Position numbers and translations under genes: made by a program | Notes under the pieces: model-generated | Told to the model about the DNA's origin: nothing | Seen by the model: the letters and a program-made list of their open reading frames with translations, nothing else | Databases searched by the model: none | In this document: positions 50,601 to 62,056 of the stretch, piece by piece | Layout of the letters: each line of letters starts with the position of its first letter | Position numbering within the stretch: position 1 is the stretch's first letter | Source: Mytilus trossulus | Lineage: Eukaryota | NCBI RefSeq assembly: GCF_036588685.1 | Contig: NC_086382.1 | Coordinates: 50,261,378-50,325,377, forward strand | Direction: 5' to 3' | Length of the DNA: 64,000 nt

Positions 50601-51019
50601 AAATGATATAAAATCTGTCTTCTGCAATTGATGTATCCAACCTGAGTCACTGTCATTATATCTAACAGATATTTTTTAAAAAGATTCAACTATTTCTAAA
50701 ACTTGGGAATATGTATGTGGCTTCTCAAAATCCTGAAGAGATCTAATATATTGAAAAATTTTAGAATGATTTTTTTTATTGTGATGGATTTTTGATTAAT
50801 TGACAAAATTGGAAGATTAATTATTTAAATTTTTAAATACAAATAAAACAAGCAAAATTTGAAAAAGAAGTTTTCATTTTTGCAAAGCTTATACTGTTGC
50901 AATTTTCTCAATATTAAAAACATCACAAATTATATCTGAATTTACTGTTTTAAAAGCAACACATTTATGAAGGCTGTCTTGATTATATACACAAACATTT
51001 TAAAAGCCTCTACTTGTTT

Positions 51020-54000
51020 GTTAAAGATTGTTTATTAAACATTTGTAGGATGAGGTAATATTGTCAGAGGGATCATTTATATTAGAGTTAGTTGATAGTT
51101 TGTTAGAGATTGTTTATTAAACATTTGTAGGATGAGGAAGTATCGTCAGAGGGATCATTTATATCAGAGTTAGTTGATAGTTTGTTAGAGATTGTTTATT
51201 AAACATTTGTAGGATGAGGTAGTATCGTCAGAGGGATCATTTATATCAGAGTTAGTTGATAGTTTGTTAGAGATTGTTTATTAAACATTTGTAGGATGAG
51301 GTAGTATCGTCAGATGGACCTTTTATATCAGAGTTAGTTGATAGTTTGTTAGAGATTGTTTATTAAACATTTGTAGGATGAGGAAGTATCATCAGATGGA
51401 CCTTTTATATCAGAGTTAGTTGATAGTTTGTTAGAGATTGTTTATTAAACATTTGTAGGATGAGGAAGTATCATCAGATGGACCTTTTTTATCAGAGTTA
51501 GTTGATAGTTTGTTAGAGATTGTTTATTAAACATTTGTAGGATGAGGTAGTATCGTCAGAGGGATCATTTATATCAGAGTTAGTTGATAGTTTGTTAGAG
51601 ATTGTTTATTAAACATTTGTAGGATGAGGAAGTATCATCAGATGGACCTTTTATATCAGAGTTAGTTGATAGTTTGTTAGAGATTGTTTATTAAACATTT
51701 GTAGGATGAGGTAGTATCATCAGAGGGATCATTTATATCAGAGTTAGTTGATAGTTTGTTAGAGATTGTTTATTAAACATTTGTAGGATGAGGTAGAATC
51801 GTCAGATGGACCTTTTATATCAGAGTTAGTTGATAGTTTGTTAGAGATTGTTTATTAAACATTTGTAGGATGAGGAAGTATCATCAGATGGACCTTTTAT
51901 ATCAGAGTTAGTTGATAGTTTGTTAGAGATTGTTTATTAAACATTTGTAGGATGAGGTAGTATCATCAGATGGACCTTTTATATCAGAGTTAGTTGATAG
52001 TTTGTTAGAGATTGTTTATTAAACATTTGTAGGATGAGGTAGAATCGTCAGATGGACCTTTTATATCAGAGTTAGTTGATAGTTTGTTAGAGATTGTTTA
52101 TTAAACATTTGTAGGATGAGGAAGTATCATCAGATGGACCTTTTATATCAGAGTTAGTTGATAGTTTGTTAGAGATTGTTTATTAAACATTTGTAGGATG
52201 AGGTAGTATCGTCAGAGGGATCATTTATATCAGAGTTAGTTGATAGTTTGTTAGAGATTGTTTATTAAACATTTGTAGGATGAGGTAGAATCGTCAGATG
52301 GACCTTTTATATCAGAGTTAGTTGATAGTTTGTTAGAGATTGTTTATTAAACATTTGTAGGATGAGGAAGTATCATCAGATGGACCTTTTATATCAGAGT
52401 TAGTTGATAGTTTGTTAGAGATTGTTTATTAAACATTTGTAGGATGAGGTAGTATCGTCAGAGGGATCATTTATATCAGAGTTAGTTGATAGTTTGTTAG
52501 AGATTGTTTATTAAACATTTGTAGGATGAGGTAGAATCGTCAGATGGACCTTTTATATCAGAGTTAGTTGATAGTTTGTTAGAGATTGTTTATTAAACAT
52601 TTGTAGGATGAGGAAGTATCATCAGATGGACCTTTTATATCAGAGTTAGTTGATAGTTTGTTAGAGATTGTTTATTAAACATTTGTAGGATGAGGTAGTA
52701 TCGTCAGAGGGATCATTTATATCAGAGTTAGTTGATAGTTTGTTAGAGATTGTTTATTAAACATTTGTAGGATGAGGTAGAATCGTCAGATGGACCTTTT
52801 ATATCAGAGTTAGTTGATAGTTTGTTAGAGATTGTTTATTAAACATTTGTAGGATGAGGAAGTATCATCAGATGGACCTTTTATATCAGAGTTAGTTGAT
52901 AGTTTGTTAGAGATTGTTTATTAAACATTTGTAGGATGAGGTAGAATCGTCAGATGGACCTTTTATATCAGAGTTAGTTGATAGTTTGTTAGAGATTGTT
53001 TATTAAACATTTGTAGGATGAGGAAGTATCATCAGATGGACCTTTTATATCAGAGTTAGTTGATAGTTTGTTAGAGATTGTTTATTAAACATTTGTAGGA
53101 TGAGGTAGTATCGTCAGAGGGATCATTTATATCAGAGTTAGTTGATAGTTTGTTAGAGATTGTTTATTAAACATTTGTAGGATGAGGAAGTATCATCAGA
53201 TGGACCTTTTATATCAGAGTTAGTTGATAGTTTGTTAGAGATTGTTTATTAAACATTTGTAGGATGAGGAAGTATCATCAGATGGACCTTTTATATCAGA
53301 GTTAGTTGATAGTTTGTTAGAGATTGTTTATTAAACATTTGTAGGATGAGGTAGTATCGTCAGAGGGATCATTTATATCAGAGTTAGTTGATAGTTTGTT
53401 AGAGATTGTTTATTAAACATTTGTAGGATGAGGTAGAATCGTCAGATGGACCTTTTATATCAGAGTTAGTTGATAGTTTGTTAGAGATTGTTTATTAAAC
53501 ATTTGTAGGATGAGGAAGTATCGTCAGATGGACCTTTTATATCAGAGTTAGTTGATAGTTTGTTAGAGATTGTTTATTAAACATTTGTAGGATGAGGAAG
53601 TATCATCAGATGGACCTTTTATATCAGAGTTAGTTGATAGTTTGTTAGAGATTGTTTATTAAACATTTGTAGGATGAGGTAGTATCGTCAGAGGGATCAT
53701 TTATATCAGAGTTAGTTGATAGTTTGTTAGAGATTGTTTATTAAACATTTGTAGGATGAGGAAGTATCATCAGATGGACCTTTTATATCAGAGTTAGTTG
53801 ATAGTTTGTTAGAGATTGTTTATTAAACATTTGTAGGATGAGGAAGTATCATCAGATGGACCTTTTATATCAGAGTTAGTTGATAGTTTGTTAGAGATTG
53901 TTTATTAAACATTTGTAGGATGAGGAAGTATCGTCAGATGGACCTTTTATATCAGAGTTAGTTGATAGTTTGTTAGAGATTGTTTATTAAACATTTGTAG
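51020..54000 (+). repeat. PARP4: tandem array of about 38 copies of a 78-bp unit, where each unit is the intron 3' end (ttgttagagattgtttattaaacatttgtag) plus the first 47 nt of exon 26 (GATGAGGAAGTATCATCAGATGGACCTTTTATATCAGAGTTAGTTGATAG)
   Basis: Read directly. At least three unit variants (GAGGAAGTATCATCAGATGGACC, GAGGTAGTATCGTCAGAGGGATC, GAGGTAGAATCGTCAGATGGACC) alternate in a higher-order pattern. The last unit runs straight into the authentic exon 26. Confidence 0.9.
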
Positions 54001-54097
54001 GATGAGGAAGTATCGTCAGATGGACCTTTTATATCAGAGTTAGTTGATAGAGAAGATGTGGACTTCCTTAACTACCTCAACTGGGAGGGAGAGACAG
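54001..54097 (+). CDS. PARP4: PARP4-like exon 26
   Basis: DEEVSSDGPFISELVDREDVDFLNYLNWEGET(G). Human counterpart is PFPDIPKVSELIAKEDVDFLPYMSWQGEPQ. Donor GTAAGT. Phase 1 out. Confidence 0.75.
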
Positions 54098-55127
54098 GTA
54101 AGTAATCAATAGACTTTTCTCATAATACCCACTTTTGACTTCAGATTTTTTTTTCTGTCAAAAGGTACCTATTATGTGGTAAACATCTTAGTACTCAGAC
54201 AAGTCAAGAAAGAGCAACAAGAAGAAGTAAAATCAAACATCTAATTGGTTCAATTTTTGGGAAAAGTTTTCTGTTTCCCATAATTTGTCCTATAAAGAAA
54301 AAGTAAAACTAAATTTCCCCTTAAATTGTAAAGATTGTAAGCTTGGCTTCTTTAACTGAAAGTTGCTCCTACTTGTCAGAGTACCAGGATGTCCAACTAC
54401 AGATAAGTTAACCTGTCTAAAAAAACAAACTACGGAGTCAAAAGTTGGTAATATGAAAATAGTCTTATGTTCTAAAAATTCATCTGCTTACCAAAGAAGT
54501 ATTTTTTGCCATAATTTGTAGATGTTTATATTTAACCTTCTGTGTGATCCTAACATATTTTGGAGTTTTGTGACTGTAACACCTTGTGGAGGAATCTCTT
54601 CTGAGACGATTTCACAGAAAGCTCTCACATGCATATCAGTCAACTGACCCGTATTCTGCGGGTGTGACCCGAGATTTTCACAATTATGAAGGATCACCCG
54701 GGACACCCGCCGGGTCATTCAAATAACCCGGGAATTCCGAAAATGACCCGATTTCACCCGTTTTTCTTAGCTTTGAGATTGATTTCATAAGTAATATATT
54801 CCTTTGAAATACCGGAATATTCGTAATTCTTCCATGAACAGGAAGTTCATTTAGCTATACAAACTGTCAAATTAAGTGACCCATTAAGGGTATGGCTTCA
54901 CTTGACAGCTTTGGTGTCAAACAAACTGTTAATTAACACCAATTACCTTAGCTTTAGGTCGTAAATAAATTGTAAACATATTTCAAATAGACGTCTAGAG
55001 TTACTTCCCCTTATTTGTCACCATTCAAAATTATTCCTTATATTTACGTTTTGTGGGTGAAAAAGATTAAATCATTAATAAATATAAAATTCAAATACAT
55101 ATTGAAAACTAAATTTTTATTTATATA

Positions 55128-55245
55128 GATATAGGAAGATGTGGTGTGAGTGCCAATGAGACAACTCTCCATCCAAATAACAATTTAAAAATTAAACCAT
55201 TATAGGTTAAAGTACGGCCTTCAACACGGAGCCTTGTACCTTTAT
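55128..55245 (+). mobile_element. SINE family A copy (3'-truncated)
   Basis: tataggaagatgtggtgtgagtgccaatgagacaactctccatcc. Confidence 0.55.
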
Positions 55246-56107
55246 ACAATTTTAAAAAAAAAGTTGAAAATTATTTTTTACATTTATACCTTCTTTAACT
55301 ATATTACTATATTTTTTCTTCTATAATCAAAAATGGTATGTTAAAAGGCTACATAGCCAGCAATTTCAAACATTTATAAATCACTTTTGAACAATTTTAA
55401 TTCTTTATTTGGATGAATACAAATAGTAATGAACATAAGACTGTTACACAGAATTATAAAAATCTTTAAAAGTGCAATGAAGTAATAATTAATAGGATTT
55501 AAAATGACTTAACCAAGTGAACATGCATTGATGTTGTGGTATCTTTGATATACTTTACAAGAAAATGTACCATAAATACTGAAATTCAGCTCGAAAAAGT
55601 TCGTACGCGTTATGACCTGAGATTTGATTCTTCAATGCAGGTCATGACCTGCATTTTCATCATCACAGGTTGACAGGTATGCACATGTGTTACTATTGTT
55701 ACTGTCATTATATTCTAAAATATAAAAGTGAGGAAACCTTGACAATATTTTGAAGCTTATGACAATAACACCCTGTGAATGCAGCTACTATGAGACCATT
55801 TTATAAATTTCTCATACTTGGTAAGATTGGTTCTTATTGTATATAGTTGATTAATTGATTGTTGGTGTTTAACTCCTCTTTGTAGTGCCACTTTAAGGCA
55901 ATTACATAGCGGCCAGTTTTTAATGGTGACGGAAGCCCAGTGAAAACAACTAACCTTCGTTTGGAAAACCGACAATTCCTGTCAAGATTGGAGTCAAGTG
56001 TACCTATACCAGCAGGGTTTCAAAACTCACAACTTCAATTTTATAATTTCATGCATCAAAGGTGTTCAAAGGAAATTTTATGAGCCTCCATGAATTTATT
56101 ATTTAAG

Positions 56108-56230
56108 GAAGTGTCTATAGTAGTAGCAATGAGGAAGAAAGCACTAGTGAGGATGAAAGTCTAAGTAGTGGAGGATTTGTAAAAGGAGTTCAAAGAGGAG
56201 CAGTGGATGGGGAAGATCTTATTACTTCAG
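56108..56230 (+). CDS. candidate exon 27 (acidic/Ser-rich linker: SVYSSSNEEESTSEDESLSSGGFVKGVQRGAVDGEDLITS)
   Basis: Acceptor atttaag and donor G|gtaaaa. No in-frame ATG. The preceding in-frame genomic codon is TAA, so this must be an internal exon. Phase-compatible with both exon 26 and exon 28. Confidence 0.45.
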
Positions 56231-57948
56231 GTAAAATAGAGGCATTTGTGCTATAGGAGATTAAGATTAAGACAAAAAAGTCAAGTTTTGAAAATACTAA
56301 AGAACTGAAGATCATTTTGAAAAAATATGGTTAGTTAATGTGATTAATGAAGGGAGAGGTATATTTTGAGGCTCTTGATCATAAATATAATAGGACAATT
56401 CTGTTTTTGATAACCTTTTGACTCCAAAGCTTATGTGAATGATCTTCATCACTTTGGTATTGGTCATCCTCTGCCTTAAGCTATTTTTGGGCTGGCAAAT
56501 TTAACAAAAAGCATAGATTTAAAAATAAGGAGACGTGGTATGATTGCCAATGAGACATCTATCCAACAAAGTTCAAATAAGTGGATGCATGACACCAGTT
56601 GTAATCTGTTCAGATTGACCAGTTTGCAAATTTTTCTTCTCTGAAACTAAATTGTGAAATGAATTTGAAATTTCTTAGGATTGATGATTCTAAGACCCTC
56701 CACAACTGTCCTCATTTTATGTCAATTTAGTGGCAGATATGACATCATCTTGATACATTGCTACCATTTGAAAACAATTAATAAAAAGCAGAGGCAGATT
56801 TAGGGCCCTTTAGTGGAAACATTTTGGTTGGTTATATAGGGAATCACCGAAGCGTGATTGGAGCGGGCCCCCTCATAGGCAGCCAGTGAGCCCCCACTTA
56901 GGAAAATTTCTGGATCCGCCACTGAAAAGCATCATTAAACTGTTTAAATCATGACTAAAACTGTGATCACTTTGATAGTAAAACACTTTGATTTTCACCG
57001 TAGCACTAATATTGAAAAAACTTTTTTGCTGAAGCACAATGGGATTAGGATATTTAAAATGCCAAAATCATATAACTCTTACCTTGACCCTTGACCCATA
57101 TGATAGATATTTGAGTTCAGGGCATAATTGCATGTTCTTTGAAAACTTAGAATAACCAAAAATAAGTCAAACTTAGTGCGCAGATGCATTATGGGAAGGC
57201 GATTTTTCAGTGACATTTTTGTCATTGTGGCATTTACCTTTGACCCCCAAAAAGTTTTTGAACTTTACATTTGCTATCAGCAAAAATGGTAGTTGAATAT
57301 CCAATAAATATCAAATGATCATATAAAATGAATGACTGACTAGACGAACAAGCCAGAAGTTAATATTTATGTACAGTGGTTGAGGGGCTGGTTCCCCCTA
57401 TATTGAACCAGACGAATTCCTCAAAAAAGCATGTCCAAAGAGAACCATAACTGCCTAGAGATTTGAAGAATACCACACAACAAATATTGTGGAAAAGCAA
57501 GTAAAGAATAACTCTAAGTGTTTTGACATTTCACCAAGCAAAACACCACAATACTCAAACTCAATCTTTGTAAAGACAATGATCGTGTGGAATCAGCTAG
57601 ATGTCACTGTAGTGCTTGCATCAAGTGTAGAGAGCTTCAAATCTGCTCTCATGCCCCATCAATGAATTGGTGTCACTCTCTCAAACCATTGTATGAAAGC
57701 AAGTATTGGTACAGACAACGTATTCATACAGGTACAGATGACTGAAAGCAAAAAATCGCAAAATGACATTGTCTCAATACGCAATTTCACTGCAACACCT
57801 AGAATACATGTGCAGGTATTAGTCTGAAACTATATGTTGGAAAAGCTCTAACTGTAATTGGGTAAATGTCTCATTGATGTTTACCACACATTTGGTTTTG
57901 TTTATGTATATTTTTGATTTTGATATTTAATAATATGTATATTTTCAG

Positions 57949-58092
57949 AACTGAAAGAAGCTTTCCATTTATTTTCTGAAGATGATGGGCATACAATTTC
58001 TACAAAAGATGTTGGGCCTCTCATGAAGGCTTTGGGTCAAAATCCAACAGAAGCAGAACTACAAATCATAATAAATGATCTTGACTTTGATG
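57949..58092 (+). CDS. calmodulin-like exon (EF-hands 1-2: [49 protein letters not shown])
   Basis: Aligns to calmodulin [49 protein letters not shown]. Acceptor attttcag, donor G|gtaatc. Confidence 0.7.
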
Positions 58093-58196
58093 GTAATCTA
58101 TTCCAAGCATAATTTGTATCAATGAAAAATAATCTATAAGATATAGATAGAAATTTATAAATTATGTCTGCAAGCAAGCTAATTTTAAGTGGTATA

Positions 58197-58575
58197 AACT
58201 AGTGTTGTCGGTTAACCGTCGTAAGGACCAAATACCGAATACCAAAAACGCTAAGCGGTTAACCGGGCGGGTTTTTTTTCTTCAAATTTTTAGATTTGAA
58301 ATAAATGTATTGAAATCATTAATTAATATATAATAAACGCCATAGTAGTTACAGAGTATGGGATTATTAAAAGTCAAACTTCCGCAGGAATCCTCACAGA
58401 CAACGCTTTATAATGTCAAAGGACAAACTTTAGTTCATGGTATATAATATTAAAACGTACATTTAAAAGTTGCAACAGATAAGGCCGTCAAACATTAACT
58501 TAAACTACTGGTTAACCGGTTAATCGGTCGAACGATACTTCGAGTAACCGGTTAGGCAAAACTGTACAATTTGAC
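58197..58575. mobile_element. MITE-like element with about 12-bp TIRs (ACTAGTGTTGTC ... GACAACACTAGT)
   Basis: Both termini are flanked by ATAA(ACT). Confidence 0.4.
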
Positions 58576-59645
58576 AACACTAGTATAAACTGTACTCAAC
58601 TGAAATAAAAACTTGTTTTTGTTTGCTAAAAAATTATCATGTATTGTTTTCAGTGTAATGCCATTGTTAAAAGATACTTACATATATAAAGGACAAGGTA
58701 CGATAAGGCCCAACTTTCTGGTTTTATACAAATATTGTAATTATTATTGACTTTGTAGGTGTTCAGTACAACTAATTTTTAGTTTTTTAGTGCCTGCCCG
58801 AACGTGACCCAGGATTTTTTTTATTCCAATGTCATGAGAACTGTTTTTGCTGTCTAAATCGCCATAATTTTCTCTTGGTCACGTAGGCACACACTATTAA
58901 ATTTTAAGAAACAATGGCCGAAAAACGTTATTTTCCTTCTTTTGGATTTTTTATGCCCTTTTACCCTCCTCACCTCACCCATTTTCTGAAATTGATGGTT
59001 TTGAAGTTCATCCAAACAAACTTCAAACCTAAGGGAATATTTTAACGTGATAAGAAGCTTTCCAAAACAAAATTTGAAAATGAGAAAATAGGGGGGCCAA
59101 AAACCAGCCTTATAGTACCTTGTCCTATATATAATATGAGGCAGGCATTACCTGTAAATGGGGACGAAGTCTGTATGAATTATATTTTTGTAACTTAAAT
59201 ATTTGTTAAAAAAAGAAACGGAAATATACCGTCATGTTTCCGATATTGGTTCTGTCGTTAGGGAGTTTAGTTGTGACGTTATTTAAGTTATGACGTCATA
59301 TGCAATGTAAACAAAGAAACACTATCATCAGGTAACGTTTTTTCATTAAAAATGAAATTGATATTGCGTTTCTTCCTTTTTATAATAGATTGGTAAATAT
59401 ATATTTTACTTAAAGATTCATACAAACAAAACCGGAAAAAGGAAGTACATTGTAGATTTCTGCGCAAGTCCGGGATTTCAAAACATGACATAAAAAAAAT
59501 TGAATGATTTTGAGTTCATTAGTACAATGAAAAATTCGGGAAATTTTCCCGATTTTTTTTTTTATATTGAAATTTCTACTGTTATTGGGGACTTCGTCAC
59601 CATATAAAAAAATATATAAATTTAGATTTTAAATTTGTATTTTAG

Positions 59646-59953
59646 ATAGAGGTACAGTTGACTTTCCAGGATTTTACACATTAATGACACATAAAATGAA
59701 AGATACTGATGCAGAAGAAGAAATAATGGAAGCATTCAAAGTATTTGACAAAGATGGTAAAGGATCTATCAGCATGTCAGATTTAAGACATGTGATGACA
59801 AACTTAGGGGAGAAATTAACAGACGAGGAGATTGAAGAAATGATGAGAGAAGCTGATGTGGACAGTACTGACCAACAGATTGATTATTTTGCCTTTGTAA
59901 AGAGGATGATGGACGAGGAAAAATGTGAACCAGTTCAGCCTTCGGGTAATTAA
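59646..59953 (+). CDS. calmodulin-like terminal exon (EF-hands 2-4, stop TAA at 59951)
   Basis: [84 protein letters not shown]... Calmodulin counterpart is [76 protein letters not shown]. Confidence 0.8.
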
Positions 59954-60071
59954 AGTGTCCTGTATATTTATCTTTCAAATATAAACTGATTAATAGTATA
60001 GTATAGTTATAGATGAAAAAAAAATGCTAAATTCAGGTTGTTTGGTTTCATTTAAGTCATAAGAAACCTCA

Positions 60072-60077
60072 AATAAA
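60072..60077 (+). promoter_or_regulatory. candidate polyadenylation signal AATAAA about 120 nt after the stop codon
   Basis: Hexamer match only. Confidence 0.3.
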
Positions 60078-60685
60078 CAAAAATATGCATATGTTTTTTT
60101 ATAACTAAATAGATAGTTTTCATTATACAACTTATGTACATGTACTTTTTTCTGAGGAAAATTCTTTAATTTGTCCACATTTAGAAGAAGTTTTCTTATT
60201 TTTCATTGCTTCCAGGAAGCAATTCGCTGACATAATTTCCGTATGCATAGTGACCTGAGCGTAACCCTCCTCGTTAAAATCCGGTGATCGCAATATGCAT
60301 GGATCTGTCATTAAAATAAACAATTATCTGATTGTACATGTTAAACACATGCTCAATACCTATGCTTTTTGTTATTTGTTTACTATAAGGTGACAATAGG
60401 TAAACTTCGTCTTCAAAATACGGTATTTAATGAGCAGCCATATTTGTTAAATCATAACAGACAGGAAGAGAGAAAAAAATGACGATTAAATGATATATTT
60501 GCGTAAAAAATGATAAATTCCTGCCCAGTCTGGACTAAGTTTAAGATATATACTTGCATTGGTTCAAGAATTGGATAACATTATTTTTCACCACTCACTC
60601 GTTTCTTATGACTTTAATGATCATTGATATGCAGATAAATTTCAAACATTTATATGAATAGAAAATGATCTACTGTTAATTTCAG

Positions 60686-60874
60686 AACAAGACACAAGAT
60701 CCAAATCCAGCCAAATAAAGAACAAAGGTGGTTTTAAAACTCCTGCAGCACAAGAAACTGTGGAAAACTTAAAGGAAAAAGAAGTCATGTTAGGGAAAAA
60801 ACAAGATTTCCTTGAAAAGAAGGTGGACAAGGAACTGAAGTTGGCAAAAGAAAATGCTGCCACAAACAAAACAG
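60686..60874 (+). CDS. CHMP4: CHMP4/Snf7-like (ESCRT-III) internal exon
   Basis: ...KNKGGFKTPAAQETVENLKEKEVMLGKKQDFLEKKVDKELKLAKENAATNKT. CHMP4B counterpart is GGPTPQEAIQRLRDTEEMLSKKQEFLEKKIEQELTAAKKHGTKNKR. The start codon lies upstream and was not found; the in-frame upstream genomic codon is TGA. Confidence 0.7.
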
Positions 60875-60974
60875 GTAATTATTGCAAGTAATCTTAAAAA
60901 TTGGAGTTATCTTCTTATGTAAACAATTGTAGTTGATTCAGCTACAACCAATGCTTATACAATGCAATATTTAA

Positions 60975-61340
60975 TTTTACTTAAGAATTGAATGCATCTT
61001 TTTGTAAATTTATTGGAGTGTAAAAGCCTGGACTGAAGTACATTTTGTATGAAGCACGGAAGTGCTTCATTTTTAAAAATGTGTGTACGGTCAACACTTT
61101 TATAACCCTATAAAGTTACAAAAAGAAGCATTCAATACTTATAATTACATTTTTTAGCTAGGATAATGAAACACGATTTTTATCAAGTTTTTATTTAATT
61201 CACCTGTGTACTTTATTATGGGACCTCGTGTCATTATGAATAGTTTTATTGTGTAATGTAATTGCTTATGGAATAACACGTGCTGTGCAGTTAGCCAATC
61301 AAAATTAACGTATTATAATGAAACATACATCTAATGTAAT
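60975..61340 (+). mobile_element. MITE family C copy (in a CHMP4 intron)
   Basis: aagaattgaatgcatctttttgtaaatttattggagtgtaaaagcctggactg...gaagtgcttcatt...ggtcaacacttttataaccc. Confidence 0.6.
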
Positions 61341-61878
61341 TATTTTCCATTGATAAGTTGAATCAATCTACCATTCAGTACTGATAATTATTTAAATTTA
61401 CTGTTTTGCCTAATACCTGTATGTTGAATACTTTTAAAATTGTTAGATATAACCTTTAATTAGTAGATATGAAGCTTCATCAGTATTTGAAAACATTGAT
61501 CCAAGAAATTTTGAATGTAGCACTGCAGTAAAAAGTGTGCAGTGCTGTTACTTTAAAGATCCCATAGGACAACAAAACAGAAACCTTCAATAAAAAAAAA
61601 TGGCTATTTTAATGCTAGCACCTAGAAATCACTAGTTAAAAACTGTCTGCACACAGTTTTTTGATGATCAATGATTGCTCCTTGGATCCTGTTTTGATTC
61701 AAGTGTCACTCATGAGTCTTTTGTAGACCAAACACATGATCAGTGTACACAGTTTTAATCCTGGTATTGTGAGTTTATTATATTTAATGGCAATATGATT
61801 GAATGAATATTCCATTTAAATCTTCATCTTTGTGTGCATTAACATGGAAATTTATAGTGAGTTTTCACCTATCAATAG

Positions 61879-62056
61879 TTGCTCTGCAAGCTTTAAAGAG
61901 AAAAAAGAGGTATGAAAAACAGTTACAGCAAGTGGATGGAACACTAACAACTATGGAATTTCAGCGAGAGGCATTGGAGCAGGCAACAACTAACAAAGAA
62001 GTTTTGAGTTGTTTGGGTGGGGCTACTAAAGCCTTAAAGATGATCGAGCAACACGG
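61879..62056 (+). CDS. CHMP4: CHMP4/Snf7-like exon
   Basis: (V)ALQALKRKKRYEKQLQQVDGTLTTMEFQREALEQATTNKEVLSCLGGATKALKMIEQH. CHMP4B counterpart is AALQALKRKKRYEKQLAQIDGTLSTIEFQREALENANTNTEVLKNMGYAAKAMKAAH. Confidence 0.85.

Noticed and set aside
51020-54000. The 78-bp array considered as a coding repeat (DEEVSSDGPFISELVDS repeated in the protein).
   Set aside because: Each unit contains TAG and TAA in the continuing frame (GTTGATAGTTTGTTAGAG...TAA). Only the last copy joins the conserved EDVDFL sequence, so the array is intronic.
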